The notes below the pieces were generated by a model. The model did not search any database. It was not told where the DNA came from and saw only the letters and a program-made list of their open reading frames with translations. From the NCBI GenBank assembly GCA_020536535.1, contig JAHLWZ010000562.1:1-64000 (forward strand): 64,000 nt of DNA, read 5' to 3'. Shown here piece after piece: positions 25,147-38,600 of the stretch; positions within the stretch are counted from its first letter, which is position 1; the number at the start of each line of letters is the position of its first letter. A program made the position numbers and the translations under genes. The stretch is from Pelomyxa schiedti. Lineage: Eukaryota; Protista; Evosea.

Positions 25147-28100
25147 ATGTCTAGATCCGCAGCGGCGAGGGACACAAAGACGGCTAATAGTAGTGCTATC
25201 AGCACTCCCGCTTCATCGCAGTTGCAGTTGGTTTGTTTTTTTTTTTTTCCCTCTTGATATTACCGTCGCGGTTTAATACACATGTAGAATGAGCCGCCGC
25301 CGCTGCCGTGCTCCATTTGCAAGATTGCTCCTTGTAGGGTACCTATGGAATGCCCCAGTTGTAAAGAGGTCGCTTGCAGGTAAATCCCCACTGCAAATTT
25401 CATGCGGTGCCATTGGCGTTTATTCATTTTGCCAAGGGAGTGTTTTGAAAAAGCGAGCGGTGCTCTGGGGTGCCCTTTGTGTCATAAACATTTTGATATC
25501 ACGCAACTCAAAGATAAAATGCCACCTAACTGGCAAGAAGCGTTTGATTCAACATCGCGAAAGACCTACTATATCAATATGACAACCATGGCACTTCAGT
25601 GGGAAAGACCTAAATACAGTACGAGAACAACATGCATGTTGAGCATTCAATTAGCTCACAAATCAGTTCAGGTTCTTCACCTGTAACTGAAGCCACTAGA
25701 CAAGCACTAAGTGACACAAGCAGTGATCTACCTGCACTAACGCCATTTACATTTGGGCCTCACCAAACGATTATTACAAGAATCAGGGAAATTCTGCAAC
25801 AATATCCGGCAGACCACCAAATATTATTTGTATGTTTAATCCAAAACCCCAATATTCTTCAGATGAACTAACCTCTGCAAGGAATTACTGCAGAACGCTG
25901 ATGATGCAGGTGCAACTGTTGTCAAAGTACTTCTAGATTTACGGTGTCACAGTGGTAATATTCCATTTTAGTTTGTTATTTTCTTATTGTTACCAAATAT
26001 CAGACATCCCCGGCAAAGTGGAAGAGCTCAGCGGTTTGAAGAACCCTGGTGTTGTCGTTTTCAATGATTCCATGTTTACACAAGATGACTTTGAAGGGAT
26101 ACAAAGGATCGGGGAGGGCTCAAAATCAGATAAACCACAAAATATTGGACAGTTTGGAATTGGGTTTAACAGCATGTACCATCTTACTGATACACCGTAC
26201 CTCCTGTCTTCCCAATATGTGGCTGTGCTTGATCCAATGCGGAAGTATTGCAAATCTTACAGTCAGCTTCCTGGAGCACAGTTTCTTCTTACTGATTTTG
26301 TGAGAGAGGAACAGATCATGCTTGATTTACTAAGACCCTTTTGTCCTTCACACTTCAACTTGAATTTGTCATCAGGATTATGCAGAGGCACCGTCTTCAA
26401 ACTTCCTTTACGCACTGACCTTGAAGGTGTAAGTAAAGAGGTGTTCTCAGTTGACAAAGTCAAGTCATTCTTGCATGGTTTCATCGATGCTGCCCCACAG
26501 GTCCTTCTGTTTCTGAGGAATGTGCTTCGTATTGACATTGAATTGTGGGAAGAGGGTAACACTGAACCAAATGGCATTGCAACTATATCAAGAACCAGCC
26601 AACCTCTTTCCACATCGGAGTCCACACTTGTCGCTGTGACATCCTGTAACACTGGGTCAACAAAAGAGAGGCACTACCTTTTGAGTGAGAAAACAATCAG
26701 TGAGCCCTCCATTGCACAGCTGGTGTCGCGGCTCAAAGAGGTGAGTCCTACGGGGAAAGTAAAGGCCACTGCATTTGGGGGGGTTGCTGTAGGTCTACCC
26801 TCTGAGGATTTGCAGGGAGGTGTGAGCTGTTTCCTACCACTTGAAAGATGCAGAGGAACATTTAAATTCATTGTAAATGGGGCATTTGAACTTTCATCCT
26901 GCCGCCGTGATCTACTAAGAGAACCTGGACCTCGAGCGGACTGGAACATGCTAATTCTAAAGAATGTTGTAGCGCCTCTGGTACCAATTCTTTTGTCTGA
27001 AGTTACCCAACACTGGCCTGAAGATGTTCCATTCACATACCTTTGGAACTATTTCCCAAGCTTGTCAATTGCCGGGGATCAATGGCTGGAGTTCATCAAA
27101 GCCGTTTACGGCTGTATTATAAACGCTAAGGCTTTCTTTCCTGTACCTTCTGGGCCCAATACATGGGTTTCTCTATCTGAGGCAATATTGTTCTCCCCTG
27201 TGAAGGAGCAGGAACTTGGTACCATACGATCCCAGATTGTACACAAAGCACTTGGTGGAAGAGCTGTCACAGTACCCACTCATGTGTGGTCCATATTATC
27301 TTCTCTCAAAGAATTCCCATCATTAGTGAACACTCTTTGCGGCAGTACCCTCTGTACTGCTTTGAAACGTTCCAAATTCATGCCCAGTAAAGAAGAAGCA
27401 TCTGTACTGCTTGAGATATGCATTGAGACCAGTAACCTGGCCGAACTTGCGGACTTGCCACTTATACCACTCCTTGATGGCACAATTGTCAAGTTTGATT
27501 TTAGCAGGCAAAAGAATAAAGAACAACACATACTCTGTAGTTCAGACCTCCAGCAGGATCTCCTGAGCTCGCTCAATCCCCGCCTCGTTGTGGACACCAA
27601 TTCGTTGCCGAAAAGAGTTGTTGATGCGTTTTATCTTCGATGTGGAGTCCTACATTTCACACCCTTCTCGATAGCAGTTCTTTATGATGTAATGAGTACT
27701 CACTTAGCAGGTGTGAGAGCACTTCAACCCAGTGTTCCAAGTTTCCCAAATGGTTGGCTCGAAAAGTTCTGGCAACTTCCTTGTGAGCTGTGGAAGATAT
27801 TCTATGACTTCAACCTCGTTCCAATAGTTGGAGGCAAATTTTGCAAGCCCTCTCTGCAGCCTCTGCAGCTTCTTGTTGGCCAAGTGGAAGACATGGATAA
27901 ACTACTCGTTGTTGCACAGGTCCTTGAGAACTACGGTGTCTTCTTAGCAGACCTCCAGGGCCAACTCCCAGTCGTGGGGAAGCACCTCACTCCGTTCTCA
28001 TGCAAGTCCCTGGCCAAAACACTACTGCCACTTAAAGGTCTATTGCAAATGGCACCCGCACAACACCTCAAAGTGTTAGCCAAGTTCTTTGAAGAAATTG

Positions 28101-31100
28101 TATCAAACAGCAACATAAACGACTACGAGACCCAGCAAGCAATTCGCGCGCTTCCCATATTCAAACTATGTTCTGGAGAGTACTGTCCCCTTCTCAATAC
28201 TTCTAAGTTCAAACTTGGACCACTTGGGGTGGACCCGTGCCTGCTTTCTTGTGATTTTGTTTGTGAAGAAGAGTCAGGCCAGTTGGCGGAGAAGCTTAAG
28301 ATTCCCAGGATGAGTCTCACTACATTTTACATGTCTGTGGTGTTCCCCAGTCTCTCTACTATGGACAAGTCACTAAGAGAGAAGACAGCACTACACATCC
28401 TCACTGTTGATTTCTTTTGTTTCTGGGGAAAAGAAGCGGTTCTTGGAAAAACTAGGTGGATCACGGCTGACAATGAGAAACCTGAGTGCCCTTGTTCTCT
28501 TGCCTGCAGGTCTACAACAAACCTTCAACTGGTACCAGCAGGAAGTGGTTGCTACCCATCTGAAATATTCTGTGAGCCGCAGTTCATCAAGCTACTCCAA
28601 CAATGTGGAATGTCAGAATGCCTACCACCACAGGCACTCACCAAGGCCTTGTACAACAAATGCAGCACTAAGTCCATGACTCAGGAATTCTCGGAGGCAC
28701 TGGTGCACTACATAGAGATAAATCCAAAAACTTTAGCTGATTCTGGCCTTTTGAAGGCACTCAATAGTTGTGCCTGGGTACCATGCAAGGCTCCAGCCCC
28801 AAATACACCCTGGCGCTATCGTACCTCAAGTCCCAACACGTTCGCAGTGCCTTCTGCTGTTGTCATCCAGTCAGATGAAGACTTAGCATTCACTATGCAT
28901 CCAATATCTGGATTTTCATCTCTCCCACATTTACCCTCCGTCCCATTCAAGCAGTTAACTGTTGACGAAATTACACAGAACCTAGTTAACGTTGCCAAAC
29001 AATTCAATGCCATGTCTTCCAAGCAAAAACAAGAGCACGCTGAAGATGCTCAAAGACTGGCAATTGTTTGCCTTCATTCGCTGCAAAATGCCGATAACCA
29101 CCTCTTGCCTAAAATCGCTCTTTATAACCACCATCCACTCATATGGGCTGGACACCGTTTTGTGGAGATATCAAAAGTGGAAATAGAGAACACTTCTGAT
29201 CTGAAATTGGAACCATTCCTTTTCACACTTCCAGAGGCCCTTTTAAAGTATCAATACATTGTGCAGCAGCTTGGTGTGAGGGAGACCTTTACACTGGTGG
29301 ATCTAATTGAACTTGTCAACAGCTTCGGCACTAAATTTCCCCGTAATGCACTCCCTGCTGACGAGTTGCGTACCACAAAATTTATCCTCCATCATATTGC
29401 CTCCTTGGGGATTGAATATGCAGCTGGGAGCACCAAACTGAAGTTCATGCTTACCACAGAGTCCAAACTAGAACCCTTGGAAACGGTTGTGTATGACGAC
29501 TTGGGACAGCCGGCACTCGCTGGACCACTTCAGAAAAAGTTGATTGACACTTGCTTCTCTGGCGCCACTGCAGATGTTTTTGGTGTAACGAAGCTTGGCC
29601 TGATCCTGCAAGGTTCCATTTCTACAGGGCTCTCTTTTGGGCAACATGTTGACGTTGTTAATGCAATACAACACACCCTGCGAGACACCACCTGCGGGCC
29701 ACGTGTTTTTTACGAAATTCTCCAAAATGCAGATGACGCTGGTGCTGACACCGTTAGTATCCTCTTGGATTGTACTTCATACAGCTGTGACAAGTTGCTG
29801 TCAGAAAAAATGAATATTTCCCAAGGGCCGTCAATTATGGTGTTCAACAATGCCGAATTCAAGAAGTCAGACTGGGAGGCAATTCAGCGTGTGGCATCTG
29901 CCTCAAAAGAGAGCCAGTTTGGCAAGACTGGACGGTATGGTGTTGGCTTTCTGTCATGCTTCCACATTACGGACCTTCCATCCATCCTATCGGGTAACAC
30001 TCTGGCATTTTTTGATCCCCTCTGCACCCATGTGCCCTTTGCCTCTCCCCTTGCTCCTGGTCGATTATATGTGTTAGAGGGGGCTCAAGGTGAACGACTC
30101 AAACAAACATTTACGTCTCAGTTTGAGCCTTACAAGGTACGGCACCCCACTCACTCGTCAGTTCGCTTCGGTCTCATTTGCTCCGTTTTAGGTGTTTGGA
30201 TGGGATCCCAGGAGCCGCTTCCAGGGCACGGTATTACGCCTACCATTGCGTCAGAGAGACGTGGAAGAACAACAACATGTTGGTCTCTCTGGACAACATG
30301 TTGTCAGGACATTCTTGGACAGTATGGCATTCTCAAAACTCAATTCCGTTGTTTGAAACTGTTATAGGCAACGAGATTAAAGATTACTTCACTCAATTTG
30401 AGCTTGCAATGCCTACTACTCTGCCGTTCCTGAAGCATGTGAGATTCATCAAGATTGGGGTAAGGGAACGCGATGGGACCTGTACCTTCCAGTCGCAGCG
30501 GTGCATTGACAACCAACCAAAGCTACGGGCCGACTTGCAAAAATTTGTGACCTCAGGGCAGTTCCAGAATGGGGGCACCAAAAAATGTGTGAGGGTGGTT
30601 GAAATTATAATGCAGGAGGGATCCGCACTGCCAGTAAAAAGCACATGGGTTGTGGCAGAAGCTGTCATTGTTGATAACAGGACACAAGGTGAGCTCCAGA
30701 AAAACAAGGCAAAGGGGATTGCATCCATAGCACCATGGATAGGGGTTGCAGCGCCTGTAACAGTTGTACCCCCCATCACAAGTACTGTTTTTTTTTGCGC
30801 TTTTCGACATACTTATTCATACTTACTTCCTATTTCCCAGAGGCACTTAAGCATTTCGTCCCTTACAGTGGCCCAGGAACCCTGAATTGCTTCCTGCCTC
30901 TACCAGAACTCAGTGGCCTACCTGTGGCTATAAACGCCATCTTTGAACTCTCGACGGGACGGGAGTTGACTTCCTCTGTCGCACAAAGTCTATGGAATCA
31001 AATACTCTTCTCTTTGATTTCGGAGGTGTACTGTCAACTTGTTGTATGGCTCAGGGACCACGTCCATCCATCGCATCCTGAGGCACTCTACTCGGTGATC

Positions 31101-34100
31101 CCTACTAGCTGCGACCCGTTTGGTATTGCTAAAGCACTTTGGGATGCTCTGCAAAATGAGAAAGTTATCCACAGCTTTGTGACAAAAACATGGAATCTAC
31201 CCACTGTAGCGTGCAATATCAACCAGTACCCCCTGCAACCTGCTCCCCCTTCAGTTCTCAATTTTCTAGAGAGGTGTCACGTTCCCCTTGCCAAAGCTCC
31301 CGATTCAATTGTAGTTCGCTTGCGAATCAAGGAGGTCAACCCTGAGTTTGTTGCGGAGTTCTTGCAGCAGCACAAGTTTCCACCCAAGGATTTGACGACT
31401 GAGACCTGCACGATGCTCCATGACGCCTTGGGCTACTGTCTTAAGATCCTTCAACCAAATTTCCCTATAATCACATCTGGGGCGATATCCAAGTTGGGAC
31501 CCTCTGCTGATCTCGTGTTCTTTTCAAATGATCCGAATGTTGTGGAGGTGATCAGCAAAAGTGCTGTGGCGCACATCATTGATAACGAATCCAGCCAAAT
31601 CCTTTCTTTGCAAGCATTACCAAAAGGACTTGGACTCAAGGGGCCTTTGACCAGCACGTGGGTCCTACACAATCTATTGGTATTTCAGTGCGCACAAATT
31701 CTTTTTTGTGGACTTACACCACCTCTTCCAGAATTGTAAAGCACCAGCAGAGGGAAAGAAGGTGTGGAATCGAGAGTTACAACCTCTTACGTGGTTCAGC
31801 AAATTGTACTCTGTTCTAGACAATTTGCTGTGCAGAAACTTGTCGGCATGTACAGATGCCATTCTTCCTGCCAGTGATGGGTACGTGTATTCCCCACAAA
31901 GAGCACAAGAAGTCACGGAACGACCAAACTTCGAGAAGGTGGTGGCAGCTTTCACACTTTTTTTTTTTTTACATTGTTAACTTGACTACATAGGGTCCTC
32001 TGAATGGGGTTTTGGATTCCTTGTGTTTTCCTATTGTTGCGGTTGACAACGAAACCGATCTTCACTTTCTTAGAGCCTGCTCACAGTTGCTGCAACCGTT
32101 TACAATCGATACATTTATCAATGCGCTGGCAACAAACAAAAGCCTTCACTGGGATAGTCTTTCCCAGGACCAGGCTGAATACTTGCTTCATTTCTTCGAA
32201 TCGAATTTGCCCCTGCACAAAAAACCGTTGCTTCAGAAGCTGGCCTTACTGCCACTCTTTTACTCACCATCAAAACAATGTTCATGCATTCAACCCAATT
32301 CTTGGGTTATACCCCACGAATTCCCCTGCAGTTTATACCCCTTTTGCCCCATCTCAGACAATACAGTCACAGTACTTCAACCAAAGATGGTGAGCCTCGA
32401 CTTTATGCTTTCTTTGGGCTTTCAGAGAACCAACTGGACTGCGTTATTTCAATCTCTTAGCGAAGGTCTTCGCTCTCTCGGACAGCCTTGGCCAATTGAA
32501 CTGCTGACTGACTGGCAAAATCTAGTTTTCGAGCAGTTTTTCTGCATTCCTTTTGATAATGTCAAAACAACAGCCGCTGTTATAGCCACCGTTCCATTTC
32601 TGTGGTCTGATGCAAATACTTTAAGAGCTCCAGCTGAATTGTTTTCTCCAGACAACGAATTACTTGAGTTGGCATTCAAGGGGTCAGATTATCTGCCGCA
32701 CATGAGTTCCTATACGAAGTGGAAGCCGATTCTGAATCAACTACCTCTCTTGCAATTCACTGTAAACACTTCAGGGGTTGTGGTGAAGGCAGTACTTAGT
32801 CAGAGAGAAACTGCTGTTTCGAAACTCCGTGGCTGTCTCTTGTTAATGAAGGAGCTTTATGAAAATTGGGAGGGACTCTACGATGCCCTCAAAGGATCAC
32901 CAATCGTGCCCTGTGAGTTTCGATTACCAACAAGTCTTAGTGGGAACTTAAAGCCACTGTTGTCCTCCTCTAAGCAAACGGGAGTGATTTATCTGTGCCC
33001 GGAGCAGTGCATTGACTCCAACAGGTGCTGCTGGACACAGGTACCTGGAATTATCCAGGATAAAGCCGAGGAAGACCATGCTCTCACAAAGTTCCCCAAG
33101 TGTCAAGTGAGGACCATGCTTGCGCATGCATCAGCTTTATCTCAATTTGCACTCATTGATGGTCATGACGAAGACACTCTCATAACGGTCAGCAATGAGC
33201 TACTTCTGGTGGCTGAACAACTGAACATGGAAAAAGAAGTGCTTGACGATCAACAATGTTGTTGGTCTGTTGCTCTACGCGTACGGAACAATTTCAAACC
33301 ATGTGCACACATCTTCTTGGAATTGAAAGACGAAATCGAAACCCACATGTACTGTGTTCCTGATGAATTTAAACACTGCAAGCACTTTTTGAAACTCAGT
33401 GGTGTACGCCCGCTTCCTTCAATTGACGAAGTGTCGAGGGCACTTGGTACGTACGGAGGCTCAACAAAGTTCAACGCAAACGACAAGAAACGGATTTGTC
33501 AGCTTTTGTCTCTCTACCTGCAGCTGTTGGGGGATGATCATCACCCTGATGGGGAGGTCCTTGTACCAGCCAACGAGTGGAGTTGCATGATGAGAGCTTC
33601 TGAGACAGTATACTTTGACAAAGAGCATTGGAAAATGGTAATTAAGCAGGACCTGGTCCCGTCTTGCAGCTTGAATATGGGGAAAGATCTGGGGTCAAGG
33701 CCGATCAGTCAATCAGTGCAGGAAGAGCCAGAACCAGTTGGCCCATTCTTCGAAGCAACTGAATTGCGTAACACAATAACATCAATGGAGTTCAAAAAAG
33801 CTCTCTGTGCGATATTGGATGTCCGGCGCGATTCGAAACACACTGGTGATAAACAGGAAGAGAAGCAACGCACAGCAGATAAATTGCAAGAGATGGCAAA
33901 TTGGAGCTATCTGTGGGTTGACAGTCTCAGCACGAAGTATTTCTTCAAGGGGACTGATGTTACCGTCGCCCCATCTCATGGGGATGCTCCACTGCCCTCC
34001 CCTTGTGTGTTTGATCCCGTGCAGAAGAAAATTATCGCAACCGGTGAACCCATGTGCACCACTATTGTGGCAAAAGAAATTGTGAACTTCCTACAGTTGG

Positions 34101-34972
34101 ACATCGATTACGGCTGTATCTCTGCCATGCTTCAAACGAGCAAAGATAAACTATTGCAAGCCATCATTCAGCTGGGCATTCCCATCGGGTTGAAGAACTT
34201 CGCACAGTGCGGAGAGCCAGTTCTGGACTCGGAGCACTACCTCTTGCAAAAGAAACTGTTCAGCATCACCTTTGCCAAAGGGGAGATTGTCACCTATGTT
34301 GACGCCAATGAGACATGGCGGTACGGGCTGGTGCTTGCTTCGGGCACAACCGTGGAGCCTTCAGTCCAGATAAATTCCTGCAACACATCCACATTGCACC
34401 CATCACTCATCATGCGCATGACTCAGAAGCTTTCCTCGCGGGAGTCGCAGCAGCCGGCAAGCCTCAGGGAGATAGTCACATCCGCCAACACCCTTGCCGA
34501 GAACTTGGCGACACTGAGCTTCAATCAACAGTGGTTCGCGCTTCTCCGCATGGCGGCGGTGTTGGAGACGTGCAAAGCAGACAGCCCCGAGGCAACGCGG
34601 GCGTTCCGCATGATCACCAAGCACCTCGACCAGCTCCCGCCGCTCCTTCTGCTATTCAAGCGGAACAGCGAAATCGCGGACCTTGTGATGTACTACCTGT
34701 GCAAGGAGGAAGCTCTTGCACTGGGCCGGACATGCAAGTGGCTGTACCGCGTGGTGACCTCCAGCCTGGTTTACCGCTTTCTGGCCACGAGGTCCGGAGT
34801 TGTAATCTCGGATGAGGCGGGGGTTGAACCCCCGACCAATCGCACCAGAACAACTCCGGCACGCCGGCGTGCTGCGCAGCGGCGCCGTGCCCAACACACA
34901 CCAACCCCCGTGATCGACGATTGTGGGTGCCTCCATTGTCCTTTGCATTGTGGTCTTGGCAACCATTCTTAA
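25147..34972 (+). CDS. Giant sacsin-like protein: RING-like finger, WW domain, two sacsin (HSP90-like GHKL) repeats, C-terminal F-box-like motif
   Basis: SRR1: ELLQNADDAGA, FNDSMFTQDDFEGI, IGQFGIGFNSMYHLTD. SRR2: EILQNADDAGA, FNNAEFKKSDWEAI, TGRYGVGFLSCFHITD. WW: MPPNWQEAFDSTSRKTYYINMTTMALQWERP. Includes the 1471-aa and 986-aa ORFs. Confidence 0.88.
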
Positions 34973-35671
34973 ACTGTAATTTGGTAACAAAGAAACACAG
35001 CACTGTTGTCCTTCCATGAGTTTTTTTCTTACTTTGAAAAGGATGTTGTATTGTTCAACCAACAAGTTGTGATGGTTTTTCGGTTGCAAGGGTGGTGGTT
35101 TCAGCTTTGGTGTGAGTGGCACGTCCTCACGGGGAGTGACTGCACTCGTTGTTGTAGTGGTCATTTAAAGTTTGAAAGAGAAGAAGAATATGTTTATTAT
35201 TTTACTTGTTCTGAGGTGAGTGAAAGCGGCGTTGCTTATAAGCCCAGAGTCCCATGAATTCCGAGTATTCTGTGGACGCGATGCACAGCATCAGGTGTCA
35301 TGGAATTCCCAGAAGTTGTCCGACTTCTGAGGGTCGCTCTGTGCCGACACCGCGATTCCCTTTTTTGGGAAGTCATCACTTTCACATTGGCTTCCTGTTG
35401 TGACCCCTTCACACGGAACAGAGAGAACCTGGACCTTTTCTGCCCCGTTGATGCCAAAGATAAGAAACATTTTATTTTTTCCCAGGCCACCTCAGTGGGT
35501 ACTTTTTAGAGAGAACTGAATAAAACACCTTCGCTCTGCAAATGCAGAGGCAGAGTGAGCCCCATCATCCTCAAAACTTGGGCTTTTATCGGAATTTGAT
35601 TCAAGTTGATTGCAGCCGGAAATCGAATTGTTTTGCCATCGACTTGGGACGGAGAAATTTGACGGCGACCA

Positions 35672-38600
35672 ATGGCCAACACCAGTGATCATAGTGACGG
35701 GAAGGAAGAATATGACTACTTCTTCAAAATCCTTTTAGTGGGAGACTCGAACGTCGGCAAGGTTGTGACAGTTCTTTCTGGAGATTTGAGTGGAATCTTA
35801 CGTTTTCCAAGACCTGCCTATTACTTCGATATGTCGACGATACGTTCACAGAAAGACGCAATAACGTCAGCATAGACTTCAAAATAAAAACACTTACTGT
35901 GGAAGGAAAGATTATTAAAGTGCAAGTGTGGGACACTGTCAGTAAGGAACGATTCACAACCTCGTGAGCTTCCTCCCTTAAGCCTTCAAGTTCCATTTTC
36001 TTGTGGCTTCTCTATTAAATATTGGAAGGTACTATCGGGGTGCTCAGGGGATACTTGTTATGTACGATACCACTGACATGGAGTCTTACACGAATGTGAA
36101 GCAATGGTTAGGAGAAATTGACCGGTACGCGCATGAGGACGTCAACAGGTACCTAGTTGGCACGAAGTGTGACTTAGAAAAGCGGCGTGCTGTTCCTACC
36201 CAATTAGCCTCAGAATTTGCTACGAGCATGATGCTCCCCTTTATTGAAACCAGTGCCAAACTTAATATAGGTGCCGATAAGCTGTTCCTCGATATGGTCT
36301 GTTCCATAAAAAACCGCGTCGCGCAGGTAGATACATCGGGGGCAACAGTACTCCCAAAACCTACCAAGGCCCCAAAAAAGAAGTTCTATGACGGAGCTGC
36401 AAAATTCTTGTGGGATCTCTACTGGCCAAGAGAAGAAGCTCTCAAATTGGCAGCACTTGAAAGGGCAAAGTCCACTGGAGAGTATATCCTTAATGAAGTA
36501 GGATTGACTAACTTGCCCAAAAATTTTGGAACTGACAAGCTTTCTACACTTACGTGCGTGAATCTCAGTAAAAACAACATGCCATACTTCCCTGTGGTAC
36601 TTTGCGCAAATCTCTCCATGACACTGGTCAAAATCATTCTCTCACACAATTATATCACAAGTGTCCCCGCGGAAATTAACAGAATGGGGGCGTTGACAAC
36701 ACTGGATCTCTCATATAACTGCATCTCAAGTCTACCTGAAGAAATTGGGTACTGCAGTCGCCTTGTGGATATCAACTTGGAGCACAACGCTTTAAACACC
36801 CTCCCTGCGACATTGTCACGCATTTTGCAAAATGCCAGTGCCACCTTAAAACTTAGCAGCAACCCAAATCTTGATGTTCCAAGTGCCATTTACTCAGATC
36901 GCGTTGCCCTTCTACACTACTTATTGCAAGCACCTTTGGGGGAAGAAACAAGGTGGAATCAGGTAAAATTAGTTATCCTTGGATCCACTGCAGTTGGGAA
37001 GACAAGTCTGTGCCAACATTTGCATGGCACATATAATAAGACCCCATTGTCAACAGATGGTGTCTCTGTCAATCTCACACCATTCACAATTAACAACGTG
37101 GAGTTTTGCTCCTACGACTTTGGTGGACAAGTAATATTGCAAGAGACTCACCAGTTTTTCCTTACAGGTTGGTACTTGTCTTCAAATGTCCTTCGATTGA
37201 TATAATATTAGGCCGCTCTCTCTTTGTACTGGTTTTTAACCTTGCCCGCATGCATGAAGCCTTTATTGAGTTCTATTTGACTCAAGTAATGAACTTGGTG
37301 ACCTCCTCTATCAAACCCCCTATTATTCTCGTTGGCACCCATGCCGATACTGTTGGATTTAAAGCACAATCTTTGTGTACAAGTATACAACAACAGTTCA
37401 CAAATCGGGGATTGAGAATTGTCAAGTGTCTGCCAGTGAACGCTCAATCAGGGACTGGCTTACCTGCTCTCAAAACATGCCTTGTAGATGTTGCCACAGA
37501 GTTTCGTTTCCTCTGAGAGAAGATCAAGTGTTCTTGGGTTGTATTACACGATAAAATCAGGTTGATTCAGCAAAAAACACAGGTTTTATGAATATCGCTA
37601 TTGCTTTCCTTACAACTTTGTTCAAGACTATGCAATGGTCACAATTTTGTGATATGGCTAGGAGTTGTGGTATCGACTCCGAAAATATTTCCAATGCAGC
37701 TCTTTTCTTCCATGAGGTGGGTTCGTTATTATATTTCAAGACCGTGGCACAGCAATTTGGTAAACATCCTTTGGTTGTAATCCAACTAACTTCCTCAAAG
37801 ATATCATTGTAATCAATCCACAATTCCTTGCTTCGCTTTTTTCTACGGTAATATCCGTGCAACAATCTTCTTTCATCAGGGATGGTATTTTAGAGGCACA
37901 ACATCTCCCCTTGATGTGGAAACAGTTTCCACCTGAACAGCACCCTTTTTTACTTAGTCTCCTAGAGTATTTCAATGTAATGATCCCTCTCAAGGCACTG
38001 AAGTATGCTCACAAAAATAACAATGCACCTCACTATTTGCTGACACTAAGATAGTGAAGCAAATTCATCGCGATATTTAATTCCATACCTTCTACCTACA
38101 AAGGAACCAACCGGAGCAATCACAGCATGGCCAACTGCACTTGCTGCCACCGATGTACAATACGGGAGGATTTACAATTTCCAATCTCTTCCAATGGGTC
38201 TATTTGGAAGGGTGCTCGTGAGGCTTCTAGGAATGAACAAGCACCATGCCAGTGGAAACTTGTTTTGGAAGAACAATGCCATCATTGTGCACAATAATAA
38301 CGTTGCCACAACACCAGCCCAACTCCATTATTTACGTGTGGAGTTTGTATGCGTGGCAGGTGCAACCCACCAACTTCATATCTATTCAAGATCTGCACGC
38401 TTCGTGCATCCCACTCTCTTCTGTGATGCAATTTCTGCTATAGACACCTGCTTGGAATCTTTCTACACCTCGATTACAAGGTCAATAACAAAGGAAGTTG
38501 TGTGCAATCACTGCCAAGTTCCGACCCACCCCGGGGATGCACAGCAGTTTTACTTCCGATTTTCAGATGTTGTGCAAGCACTGGATAGTGGAAAACGTGT

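Noticed and set aside
34652-35003. Minus-strand ORFs overlapping the sacsin 3' end
   Set aside because: The overlapping parts are antisense to a GC-rich coding exon and show no motifs. Only the segment beyond 34980 is kept as a weak candidate.
4104-37516. Reassigned TGA (Trp/Sec) genetic code, suggested by in-frame TGAs at 4104, 5976 and 37514
   Set aside because: TGA terminates PSMA4, the Ras fusion, Roco and phosphatase copy 2, and conserved Trp codons in actin and PSMA4 are TGG. Nonsense mutations or base errors are simpler.
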